From: Candidatus Omnitrophota bacterium
Lineage (GTDB): Bacteria > Omnitrophota > Gorgyraeia > B26-G9
Direction of reading: 5' to 3'
Assembly (NCBI GenBank): GCA_043826565.1
Contig: JBDRPX010000019.1
Location: 5,369-69,368, forward strand
Length of the DNA stretch: 64,000 nucleotides
Shown piece by piece: positions 1 through 8,665 of this stretch. Below the pieces are notes generated by a model. The model was not told where the DNA came from. It saw only the letters and a list, made by a program, of their open reading frames with translations, and did no database searches. The position numbers and the translations under genes are program-made. The first letter of the stretch is position 1. Every line of letters begins with the position of its first letter.

Positions 1-1343
1 TAAAAGGGGCGGTTATCTGCGGCTTGGCCCGGTCATTGAATAAAGATATTGAAGCTGCCGGAGCGGCTTTAAAGCCGGCAAAACGCCGGCGCATTCATGT
101 ATTTTTGGCAACATCAAAAATTCACATGAAATATAAGCTTAAAAAAGCCGAAAGTGAAATTGTAAAAATCGCTCAGTCCGCGGTTAAATACGCGAGTAAA
201 TTTACCGATGATATCCAATTTTCTCCGGAAGATGCATCGCGTACGGAAAGAGATTTTCTCTTTCGGGTAATTGAGAGTGTGATCAAAGCCGGAGCAACTA
301 CGGTAAATATTCCGGATACTGTCGGCTATGCTCAGCCGGCTGAGTTTGGTGATCTGATCGCTTCAATTGGTAATAATGTGCCCAATATTAATAAAGCGAT
401 AATTGCCGTACACTGTCATAATGACTTAGGTCTGGCAGTGGCTAATTCTTTGGCGGCGATTAAAAACGGAGCCGGGCAGGTTGAATGTACGATCAACGGG
501 ATTGGTGAGCGGGCCGGAAATGCGGCTTTAGAAGAAATTGTTATGAGTTTACTTACCCGCAAGGATTTCTTTGCGGGAAAATCAACCCGGATAAAAACTA
601 AAGAGATTTATAAGATAAGCCGCCTGGTTAGTAAGTTAACCGGGTTTACGGTTGCTCCGAACAAGTCGATTGTCGGGGGAAATGCATTTCGGCATGAATC
701 AGGCATTCATCAGGATGGTGTGCTTAAAAAAAGACAGACATATGAAATCATCAGCCCGGAAACAGTTGGTTTTTACGGAGAAGGTTTAGTTTTAGGTAAA
801 CATTCCGGCCGGCACGCTTTATCCGAACGGCTGAAAGGTTTGGGTTTTACCTTGAATAAAAAGCAGCTCGAATCTGCTTTTGCCAGATTTAAAGACTTAG
901 CGGATAAGAAAAAAGAGGTATTTGAAGAGGATTTGATTTCTATTGTTGAAGAGCAGATGAAAGGTTTGCCGGAAGTCTGGAGTCTGGTGGGTTTTGAGTT
1001 CTGCGGGGGTATGCAGGTGAACCCAAAGGCGACCGTGACCCTGAAAATGAAAGATAAAACCTTTGAAGCAACCTCTTGCGGCGATGGACCGGTAGATGCC
1101 AGTTATAAAGCGATCGAAAAGATAACTAAAATAGATGCCCGGCTCAGAGATTATTCTATCCAGGCGATAACCCGGGGCAAAGATGCTTTAGGTGAGGTAA
1201 ATTTGAAACTTGAAATTAAAAAAGCGGAAGTTCCCGGACGGGGGGCAAGTACAGATATTATCGAAGCATCGGCTAAAGCTTATCTTAATGCTATTAACCG
1301 GTTTTTATTTAAGACAAAGAAAGCGCATAAAGTGAGGTTGTAA
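1..1343 (+). CDS. 2-isopropylmalate synthase / citramalate synthase family (LeuA/CimA), 5'-partial; the reading frame is open to the window edge
   Basis: HCHNDLGLAVANSL motif of the HMGL-like aldolase family. C-terminal LeuA-dimerisation-type regulatory domain. No in-frame stop upstream of position 24, so the N-terminus lies outside the window. Confidence 0.75.
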   Translation, partial: KGAVICGLARSLNKDIEAAGAALKPAKRRRIHVFLATSKIHMKYKLKKAESEIVKIAQSAVKYASKFTDDIQFSPEDASRTERDFLFRVIESVIKAGATTVNIPDTVGYAQPAEFGDLIASIGNNVPNINKAIIAVHCHNDLGLAVANSLAAIKNGAGQVECTINGIGERAGNAALEEIVMSLLTRKDFFAGKSTRIKTKEIYKISRLVSKLTGFTVAPNKSIVGGNAFRHESGIHQDGVLKKRQTYEIISPETVGFYGEGLVLGKHSGRHALSERLKGLGFTLNKKQLESAFARFKDLADKKKEVFEEDLISIVEEQMKGLPEVWSLVGFEFCGGMQVNPKATVTLKMKDKTFEATSCGDGPVDASYKAIEKITKIDARLRDYSIQAITRGKDALGEVNLKLEIKKAEVPGRGASTDIIEASAKAYLNAINRFLFKTKKAHKVRL

Positions 1344-1346
1344 TAC

Positions 1347-2204
1347 ATGGATCATGGGGGAGTTAAGCAGCGATACGGACTTATCGGATATCCGGTTAAA
1401 CACAGTTTCTCAGCGGCAATGCATAATGCCGCTTTTGCTCATTTAGGCATGAACGCGCAATATGAATTATTTGAAGTTAAGCCTTATGAATTACATGATT
1501 TTTTGATTTCTTTACGCGATCAGGGGGTTTTAGGAGTTAATATTACGATTCCTTATAAAGAAAAGGTCGTTACTTTTTTGGATGATGCGTCTATCGAGGT
1601 TAATGAAATAGGAGCAACTAATACTCTTGTGGTTGATAATAATGGAAAACTCAAAGGGTTTAATACCGATAGTGCCGGGTTTGCTTTCCATATCGCAAAG
1701 TTAGGGGTAAAGGTCAGCCATACGGCAATTATCGGTGCCGGCGGCGCGGCAAAAGCAGTGGCCATGGCTTTATTAAAAAACGGCGCCCGGGAAATCGCGA
1801 TTTATGATATAGATCAAAAAAAGAGCCTGGAATTAGTTAATAGAGTTAAGAGAATAAATTTTCAATGCAATGCTTATATGGTGGAGTCCATTCAGGAGTT
1901 ACAGATAAAAGATAAAAATTTCGTGGTAAATACAACTCCGGTGGGCATGAAGAAGGAAGATCCGTGTCTTCTGGAAAAAAATATGATTCATCCGGAGCTT
2001 TTTATCTATGATGTGATTTATAATCCTCCGGTTACTAAGATGTTAGAGCTTGCTAAAAATAATGGCGTGCAGTTTAGTAATGGGTTAAGGATGCTTTTAT
2101 ACCAGGGGATGCTGGCTTTTGAGCAATGGACCGGTAAGCCGGCTCCGGAAAAAGTAATGTTTGAAGCATTACAGAAAGAAGTCGGAAAATGCCAGAATTC
2201 TTAA
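1347..2204 (+). CDS. aroE: shikimate dehydrogenase
   Basis: N-terminal 'GYPVKHSFSAAMHNAAF' shikimate-binding motif. Rossmann 'IIGAGGAAKAV'. About 285 aa. Confidence 0.85.
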   Translation: MDHGGVKQRYGLIGYPVKHSFSAAMHNAAFAHLGMNAQYELFEVKPYELHDFLISLRDQGVLGVNITIPYKEKVVTFLDDASIEVNEIGATNTLVVDNNGKLKGFNTDSAGFAFHIAKLGVKVSHTAIIGAGGAAKAVAMALLKNGAREIAIYDIDQKKSLELVNRVKRINFQCNAYMVESIQELQIKDKNFVVNTTPVGMKKEDPCLLEKNMIHPELFIYDVIYNPPVTKMLELAKNNGVQFSNGLRMLLYQGMLAFEQWTGKPAPEKVMFEALQKEVGKCQNS

Positions 2205-2977
2205 TTAAGGTTTGTGTGTTTATCTTCGGTTCGATAATCGGAAGTTTTTTGAATGTTTGTATCTATCGGATGCCGCGGGAGCTTTCGGTAAATAAACCAA
2301 AGCGTTCTTTTTGTCCGAATTGCAATAAGCAGATCGTCTGGTATGATAATATTCCGTTTTTAAGTTATTTGCTGCTTGGCGGCAAATGCCGGTTTTGCAA
2401 AAAACATATCTCTTTTAATTATTTTTTTGTAGAATTTCTTACGGCGATCCTTTTAGTTTTTTTATATGGTTTTTTCGGAATGTCGGTCAAGTTTTTTGTT
2501 TACGGAGTTTTAAGCTGCGCATTAGTTGTCGCGACGTTTATTGATTTTGATTTTCAGATTATTCCTGATGAAATAACCCTTGGGGGTTTGGTTATCGGGA
2601 TTGTTTTAAGTATTATATTCCCGGTTTTACATGGGGCGGAATCGCGTATTGCGGCATTATTTCAGTCTGTTCTCGGAGTGCTGGCCGGAGGCGGCAGTAT
2701 TTATATGATCGGCAAAGTCGGAGAGATGACTTTTAAGAAAGAGAGTATGGGTGGCGGGGATGTTAAATTTCTGGCTATGATCGGTTCTATTCTGGGCTGG
2801 AAAATGGCTTTACTGATATTCTTTATTGCTCCGTTTTTCGGAGCTATTGTCGGAATAATTATGAAATTAAAAAAAGGCGCGGAAGTTATTCCCTATGGGC
2901 CCTATTTGTCTTTAGCAACGTTTTTAGTGATTTTATGGGGAAAAGAGATATTAAAATATCTATTCCCTATTTACTAG
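2189..2977 (+). CDS. pilD: type IV prepilin leader peptidase (A24 family)
   Basis: Zinc-binding CPNC...CRFC tetracysteine motif. Polytopic membrane protein with the conserved Asp-containing loops. Overlaps the aroE stop by 16 nt. Confidence 0.8.
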   Translation: MPEFLIKVCVFIFGSIIGSFLNVCIYRMPRELSVNKPKRSFCPNCNKQIVWYDNIPFLSYLLLGGKCRFCKKHISFNYFFVEFLTAILLVFLYGFFGMSVKFFVYGVLSCALVVATFIDFDFQIIPDEITLGGLVIGIVLSIIFPVLHGAESRIAALFQSVLGVLAGGGSIYMIGKVGEMTFKKESMGGGDVKFLAMIGSILGWKMALLIFFIAPFFGAIVGIIMKLKKGAEVIPYGPYLSLATFLVILWGKEILKYLFPIY

Positions 2978-2990
2978 CGGAGGTAGAGAA

Positions 2991-4013
2991 ATGTTAAGAT
3001 TTATAAGTGCGGGAGAGTCTCACGGAGAATGTATTATGGCTATTCTGGAAGGACTGCCTGCGGGATTGAGGGTAAAAGAAGATGTGATTAATAAAGATCT
3101 TTATCGTCGTCAGCAGGGATATGGCCGCGGCGGGAGAATGAAGATTGAGACAGACAAAGTAAAGATACTTTCCGGGATAAAAGGCGGGTTGACCCTCGGC
3201 AGTCCGGTAGCCTTAATGGTCAAAAACAAGGATTTTAAAATTAATGAATTGCCTCCGATCACGGAGCCTCGTCCCGGGCACGCGGATTTGGCCGGTGCGA
3301 TTAAGTATGGATTTTCGGATATCCGGTGTGTTTTAGAAAGAGCTTCCGCCCGCGAAACAGTTATTCGGGTGGCTGCCGGAGCCTTATGTAAAATTTTTCT
3401 AAATGAATTCAATATAAATATAAACAGTAAGGTAATTAGTGTCGGCGGGCAGACAAGCAATAAAAAAATTAAAGAATTGATTGATCAAGCTAAGAAAAAG
3501 GGAGATACCTTAGGCGGGGTATTTGAAGTCATTGCGGATAATGTGCCTGTAGGCCTGGGCACTCATGTTCATTATGACCGCCGTTTGGACGCGCGTCTTG
3601 CCGGGGCGTTGATGTCTATCCAGGGTATCAAGGGAGTTGAATTTGGTCTGGGTTTTGAAGCTGCTGACCGGCCGGGTTCAAAAGTGCATGACCAGATTTT
3701 TTATTCGCAGGAAAAAAGGTTTTTTAGAAAAACAAATAATGCCGGCGGATTAGAAGGCGGAATGAGTAACGGCGAGCCGATCATTGCGCGCTGCGCGATG
3801 AAGCCGATCGCGACACTGCAAAAACCGCTGCCGACTATTGATATGAAGACCAAAAAGGAAGTTCTTGCGTCGATACAGCGCTCGGACATATCTGCGGTAG
3901 AAGCTGCCGGAGTAGTTGGAGAGGCAATGACCGCGATTGTGCTTACGGATGTGTTTTTGGAAAGATTCGGACAGGATGATTTAAGGAAAATCAAAAAAGC
4001 GTATAAGTTATAA
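2991..4013 (+). CDS. aroC: chorismate synthase
   Basis: 'GESHG' and 'RPGHAD' chorismate synthase signatures. 340 aa. Confidence 0.9.
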   Translation: MLRFISAGESHGECIMAILEGLPAGLRVKEDVINKDLYRRQQGYGRGGRMKIETDKVKILSGIKGGLTLGSPVALMVKNKDFKINELPPITEPRPGHADLAGAIKYGFSDIRCVLERASARETVIRVAAGALCKIFLNEFNININSKVISVGGQTSNKKIKELIDQAKKKGDTLGGVFEVIADNVPVGLGTHVHYDRRLDARLAGALMSIQGIKGVEFGLGFEAADRPGSKVHDQIFYSQEKRFFRKTNNAGGLEGGMSNGEPIIARCAMKPIATLQKPLPTIDMKTKKEVLASIQRSDISAVEAAGVVGEAMTAIVLTDVFLERFGQDDLRKIKKAYKL

Positions 4014-4081
4014 TTGAAAATTTAAAAATAATTTATATTTTGTATTTTAACAAAGTAATACTGAAATAATAAAACATGATC

Positions 4082-4218
4082 TTTGATATCACAAAAACAC
4101 GTCTTTGAACTAAGTCCGCTGCGGCATCGTGCCTTGCGGCCGCGCGTTCTTACTATTTTGACATCCTTGTCAAAATTACGTTCGAAAGCGCCGTTCAAAG
4201 AGAATTTTTGTGTTATCT
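4082..4218. ncRNA. candidate structured RNA / repeat element, copy 1 (homologous to 63331-63466)
   Basis: About 85% identity to the second copy. Compensatory changes preserve three stems (GGCAtcgTGCC vs GTCATccATGAC; TTTTGACAtcctTGTCAAAA vs TTTTTGCAtcgTGCAAAAA; a closing stem gatatcAcaaaaa/tttttgTgttatc vs gatatcGcaaaaa/tttttgCgctatc). GC-rich relative to its surroundings. Confidence 0.4.
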
Positions 4219-4266
4219 ATAGGGTATTGTTTGTAATTTGTCTATTGTATATTGGAATTTACAATT

Positions 4267-4779
4267 ATGGGTATTCCGTTAAAGCATGAAAAAGTTAGAC
4301 TGATAATCGGACTTATTGGCAAAGAGTCTTTGTTTGATGATGTAAAAAAAGTTCTTATTAAAAAATTCGGTTCAATTGATTATGAAAGCGAATGTCTGAA
4401 CTTTAATTTCACGGATTACTATAATGCGGAAATTGGTACTGATCTTAAACGAAAATTCCTGAGTTTTAAAAAATATTTCCTGCCTGAAGAACTTTCCGAC
4501 ATTAAACTTTTCACGAATAAAGTTGAGGAAAAATTTCAAGAAATGCCGGGAAAACGCCGGGTAAATATTGACCCCGGATACCTTAATTTATCCAAACTGG
4601 TTTTAGCGACCACAAAAGATCATCAGCATCGTTTATATGTGGGTAAAGGTATATTTGCCGAAGTGACCCTGCGCTACCGGGGGAAGACTTTTATGGGCTG
4701 GGATTGGACCTATCCTGATTACCAAAGCGTTGAATATATAAAAATATTTAATCATATACGCAATAATTTATTAAAGTAA
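4267..4779 (+). CDS. DUF4416-family hypothetical protein
   Basis: About 170 aa with the 'IGLIG...LFD....L...FG.ID..S....F..TDYY..E.G' pattern typical of DUF4416. The ORF-track start at 4252 is a TTG; the ATG at 4267 is more likely. Confidence 0.5.
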   Translation: MGIPLKHEKVRLIIGLIGKESLFDDVKKVLIKKFGSIDYESECLNFNFTDYYNAEIGTDLKRKFLSFKKYFLPEELSDIKLFTNKVEEKFQEMPGKRRVNIDPGYLNLSKLVLATTKDHQHRLYVGKGIFAEVTLRYRGKTFMGWDWTYPDYQSVEYIKIFNHIRNNLLK

Positions 4780-4794
4780 AGAGTGATAAATGGT

Positions 4795-4950
4795 AAAAAA
4801 TAAACAATATACAATGGACAAATTACAACCAAATTCCAATATACAAATCAACAAACTGAAATAATGCTGTGAAGTGAAATAAGTAAATTTTTTGAGTATT
4901 GGGAATTGTATATTGTTTGTAATTTGGATTTTGTTTATTGTAATTTAATA
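4795..4950. repeat. ~150-bp intergenic element with internal inverted symmetry, copy 1 (paralog of 34388-34553)
   Basis: Shares the blocks 'caaattccaatatacaaat' and 'ttgggaattgtatattgYttgtaatttggattttgtttattgtaa' with the second copy. It ends 5-10 bp before the start codon of the M48 protease gene. Confidence 0.5.
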
Positions 4951-4954
4951 AAAT

Positions 4955-6151
4955 ATGGCAGGGCAAGAAAAATGGTTAACTGTTGAAAAAGAGGTAAATA
5001 AAGTGAAGGATGACACTCGAGCGTATTACTCCAAGAAAAAAAATAACTTATTGTTTGTGAAAGCTGGGCTTACTTTTCTGTTTTTACTGTTAATGGTGTT
5101 TAGTTTTGCAATTCCACTGCGTAATTTTATTACGGCATTCACGGAGAATTCAGTTATTGTTATTACGGTATACTCATTATTGGTTTGCTTGTTTTATGTT
5201 GTTTTTACCGGCGGAGTAAAATATTACGAAGAATTTTTTCTAAAAACTAAACTAGATCTTTCCGACCAATCCCTGACCGAATGGTTAAGGCAGGCTGCTA
5301 TTGACGAAACAATTTTTTTCAGCATTTTTTTTGTCAGCGCTCAAATGATATATTTTTTAATGGAAACACATTCCCGCTGGTGGTGGCTCTCGGCAGCGGT
5401 AATCTGGGTGTTTTTTAGAATTATCATGGTTAAGCTGGTGCCGGAATTTATCACGCCTTTATTTGCGCGGTTTCTTCCGATTAGTGATGAGGGATTAAAA
5501 AAAAGGCTTATTTTTTTAGCGGATTCTGTTAATATAAAAATTGATGATGTTTATATTATAAAAAGAGAAAAAAATGATCCGCAGGAACAAACGGTTTTTG
5601 TTGACCCCGGGGTTAAACGCCGGATCGTTTTAGGGGAGGGTGTATTAGGATATGCGCCGGAAGAAATTGAGGTTATGGCAGCGCATGAGTTAGCCCATCA
5701 TTATTATGGCCATGTTTGGAAGAAGTTAATGATAAAAGGGCTGGGAGTAGTTGTGATCTTTTTTCTTGTCGGAGTATTGTTCGGTCCGATAGCCAGGGCA
5801 TTAGGGTATGTACCGGTTACCAGTGTGGCAACACTACCGCTTTTGGCAGCTTTATTTTTTATTTTTAGTTTTCTGGCCATGCCTGTATTTAATATGTTTA
5901 GCCGGGATATGGATGCTGAGGCGGATAGTTTCGCGCTGCAATTAACCAAATCTCCGGATGCTTTTGTTTCGGTAATGATCAGAATAAGTCAGCAGGGATT
6001 TGTTGATCCAAATCCGAATCGCTTTATTGAGATGTTCTTATTTGCCGAGCCGTCGATAAATAAACGTATATTTATGGCTGAAGACTATGCTCAGGAATTA
6101 ACCTTTCATCAGAAGCGCAATCAAACTTTGGGTGAAGGTGGTCTATTATAG
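4955..6151 (+). CDS. M48-family integral-membrane zinc metalloprotease (HtpX/Ste24-like)
   Basis: HExxH motif 'HELAHHYYGH' plus a downstream 'EADSFAL' third ligand. Multiple TM helices. Confidence 0.75.
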   Translation: MAGQEKWLTVEKEVNKVKDDTRAYYSKKKNNLLFVKAGLTFLFLLLMVFSFAIPLRNFITAFTENSVIVITVYSLLVCLFYVVFTGGVKYYEEFFLKTKLDLSDQSLTEWLRQAAIDETIFFSIFFVSAQMIYFLMETHSRWWWLSAAVIWVFFRIIMVKLVPEFITPLFARFLPISDEGLKKRLIFLADSVNIKIDDVYIIKREKNDPQEQTVFVDPGVKRRIVLGEGVLGYAPEEIEVMAAHELAHHYYGHVWKKLMIKGLGVVVIFFLVGVLFGPIARALGYVPVTSVATLPLLAALFFIFSFLAMPVFNMFSRDMDAEADSFALQLTKSPDAFVSVMIRISQQGFVDPNPNRFIEMFLFAEPSINKRIFMAEDYAQELTFHQKRNQTLGEGGLL

Positions 6152-6271
6152 GATGTCTTTGGTGATGCAAAGACCTTGACAGAAAAATATTTAATATGAT
6201 ACACTGCATTTATAGTTAAAATCACAAAACAATGAAAATTTTAGATATAAAATATATTAATAATTTTTGGG

Positions 6272-6301
6272 ATAAAGACGCTTTATCCCTTTTTTATTAG
6301 T
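6272..6301 (+). terminator. rho-independent terminator
   Basis: Stem gggataaag/ctttatccc followed by TTTTTTATT. Confidence 0.5.
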
Positions 6302-6370
6302 AATTTTAAGCATATATTAAGTATATATTAAGAAGACAAAATTGCGTAACTGATTGTGTTGTAAAATGAT

Positions 6371-7417
6371 ATGGGGGCGGGGTTGAAAATAGCACTTATT
6401 TATAATTTAAAGCGCAAAGTTGAAGACGGGATAGCTATTGATTATTTCTCCGAATTTGACAGCAAAAATACAGTAGATTCTTTATTTAATGCTCTTTGTT
6501 CTTTAGGGCATGAAGTGTCTCTTGTGGAAGCTGATAGAAATATGTTGTCCTGGCTGGGAGCGAATAAAGTTGATATTGTTTTTAATATTGCGGAATGTTT
6601 TGGCCGGGACAGGGAAGCTCAAGTTCCGGCAATCTGTGATTTTTTAAAAATTCCTTGTGTCGGCTCCGGAGCTTTAGGTCAGGCATTATCTTTGGATAAG
6701 GCCATGACGAAAAAAATATTATCTTATGAAAACATTCCTACTCCAAAATTTCAATTGTTTAAGTCTGCTCAAGAAAGCCTTAATGCTGACTTTAAATTCC
6801 CCCTGATTGTTAAGCCTAATGCGGAAGGTTCGGCAAAAGGAATAAATGTTTGTAATCTCGTAAATAACCGGGATGATCTGTTCCGGGAAATTGCCCGGAT
6901 AATCAGCCGATACAGACAGCCTGCGCTGGTCGAGGAATTTATTAACGGCCGGGAATTGACGGTTGGGGTTATCGGAAATAATGAATTAACCGTGCTGCCT
7001 ATTTTAGAAATTGATTTTAAAGGCTGCCAAAAAAGCGGTGAGCATTTTTATTCCTGGCGGATGAAAGAGTATCAGGGAAATGTTGAATTAGGACTTAATC
7101 CGGCTTTTTATTGTCCGGCGGTATTGGATCTTGAACTTAAGGCAGAAATTGAGAATATTGCCCGGCGTGTGCATGAGGTGATTAATTGCTGCGATTTTTC
7201 GCGGGTGGATATCCGTTTGCAGGAGCACACAAATATTCCCTATGTTTTAGAAACTAATTCATTGCCGGGACTGGATCCGGTAGAAAGCAATCTGACGATG
7301 ATGGCGCAAGCGGCGGGGATAGGATATTCTTCGCTGATCAGAATGATTTTAGAAAGTGCTTTAAGCCGATATCAATCAGAAAATATATATGTGCAGGCAG
7401 GGAGGGAAAACCAGTAA
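6371..7417 (+). CDS. ATP-grasp ligase of the D-alanine--D-alanine ligase family
   Basis: Ddl-like N- and C-domains (KIALIYN...; ELTVGVIGN; LETNSLPG). The stop lies 1 nt before the likely start of the downstream kamA-like gene. Confidence 0.7.
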   Translation: MGAGLKIALIYNLKRKVEDGIAIDYFSEFDSKNTVDSLFNALCSLGHEVSLVEADRNMLSWLGANKVDIVFNIAECFGRDREAQVPAICDFLKIPCVGSGALGQALSLDKAMTKKILSYENIPTPKFQLFKSAQESLNADFKFPLIVKPNAEGSAKGINVCNLVNNRDDLFREIARIISRYRQPALVEEFINGRELTVGVIGNNELTVLPILEIDFKGCQKSGEHFYSWRMKEYQGNVELGLNPAFYCPAVLDLELKAEIENIARRVHEVINCCDFSRVDIRLQEHTNIPYVLETNSLPGLDPVESNLTMMAQAAGIGYSSLIRMILESALSRYQSENIYVQAGRENQ

Positions 7418-7418
7418 A

Positions 7419-8588
7419 ATGAGAACTGATCATAGCTGGCGAAAGATGGATCTGTGGAATAATGTAGCGGAAAAAGATTGGCAAAACTGGCGCTGGCAGA
7501 TCCAAAACAGAATTACCACTAAAGAGCAGCTTAAAAAAGTTATTTGCCTTACCCCGGAAGAGGAATCGGGAGTTGATGTTTTAAGCGGCCGGCTTTCTAT
7601 GGCGATCACGCCTTATTTTTCTCAGTTAATGGATCCGGAAAAAAATTATTGCGCGATAAGAAGGCAGGCGGTTCCTTTAATTGATGAGACTTTTGCCAGT
7701 TCGAATGAAAGTATTGATCCTTTGGCTGAAGACAGATATTCTCCCATACCCGGGCTTGTCCATCGTTATCCGGACAGAGTATTGCTTTTGGTCACGGACC
7801 AGTGCGCGGCATACTGCCGTCATTGTACGCGCCGGCGTTTAGTAGGGACAGAAGAAGCGGTAATAAAAGGGAAAAATTTAATCAGAGCTTATGATTATAT
7901 TCGTTCGCATAAAAATATCCGGGATGTTTTGATCTCCGGAGGGGATCCCTTATTACTTGATGATGAACGCTTAGAAGAAATTCTTATCGCGGTTCGTTCA
8001 ATTCCCCATGTTGAATTTTTGCGGATCGGGACCCGTGTTCCGGTTACTTTGCCGCAGCGCATTACTCCGGAACTTGTTGCGGTATTAAAAAAATATACTC
8101 CGTGGATATCCATACATTTTAATCATCCTAAAGAGATAACCAAAAGCTGTCAAAAAGCCTGCGGCATGCTTGCTGATGCCGGACTTCCTTTAGGCAGTCA
8201 GACGGTATTATTAAAAGGGATAAATGATCGTTTGTATATTGTAAAAAAACTTATGCATGAACTATTGAAAATCAGAGTAAGGCCTTACTATATTTATCAT
8301 TGTGATCTGGTTAAAGGTATTAGTCATTTTCGTACTCCGCTTGCTGTGGGAATTTCAATTATGGAAAAATTGAGAGGATATACTTCCGGGTATGCTGTTC
8401 CCACTTATGTATTGGATTCCCCGGGCGGCGGCGGTAAAATACCCATAGTGCCTAACTGTATAATTCGCCAGGAAAAAGGAATTTTTGTTTTACGCAACTA
8501 TGAGGGGAAAATATTTACTTACGATGATACTGCCAGCTGTAGTGAGCGAATTAATGTAAAGCCGGATATTATTTCAGAAATGGATTAA
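7419..8588 (+). CDS. lysine 2,3-aminomutase family radical-SAM protein (KamA/EpmB-like)
   Basis: 'CAAYCRHCTRRR' CxxxCxxC motif and overall KamA-family layout. RBS 'gggaggg' about 10 nt upstream of the ATG at 7419; the alternative track start is 7389. Confidence 0.8.
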   Translation: MRTDHSWRKMDLWNNVAEKDWQNWRWQIQNRITTKEQLKKVICLTPEEESGVDVLSGRLSMAITPYFSQLMDPEKNYCAIRRQAVPLIDETFASSNESIDPLAEDRYSPIPGLVHRYPDRVLLLVTDQCAAYCRHCTRRRLVGTEEAVIKGKNLIRAYDYIRSHKNIRDVLISGGDPLLLDDERLEEILIAVRSIPHVEFLRIGTRVPVTLPQRITPELVAVLKKYTPWISIHFNHPKEITKSCQKACGMLADAGLPLGSQTVLLKGINDRLYIVKKLMHELLKIRVRPYYIYHCDLVKGISHFRTPLAVGISIMEKLRGYTSGYAVPTYVLDSPGGGGKIPIVPNCIIRQEKGIFVLRNYEGKIFTYDDTASCSERINVKPDIISEMD

Positions 8589-8665
8589 TCCTGAGCCTGC
8601 CGCGGCTTTACTTAAAAAAGAAGGAATTCGGGTTTTAAATGTTGAGGAATTTCTCGGGATAAAAA

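Noticed and set aside
1553-1765. Numerous antisense/overlapping ORFs of 60-160 aa in the track (e.g. 1553-1765, 3110-3460, 5704-5949, 8752-9087, 15568-16227, 20017-20868, 43166-43802)
   Set aside because: All lie fully inside well-supported conserved genes on the opposite strand or in another frame. They show low-complexity composition and no RBS, and are judged spurious.
4083-4289. 68-aa ORF (MISQKHVFELSPLRHRALRP...) from the ORF track
   Set aside because: It lies entirely within the two-copy structured element/repeat. Its conservation with 63331-63466 is at the nucleotide (stem-preserving) level, not the codon level, and there is no RBS.
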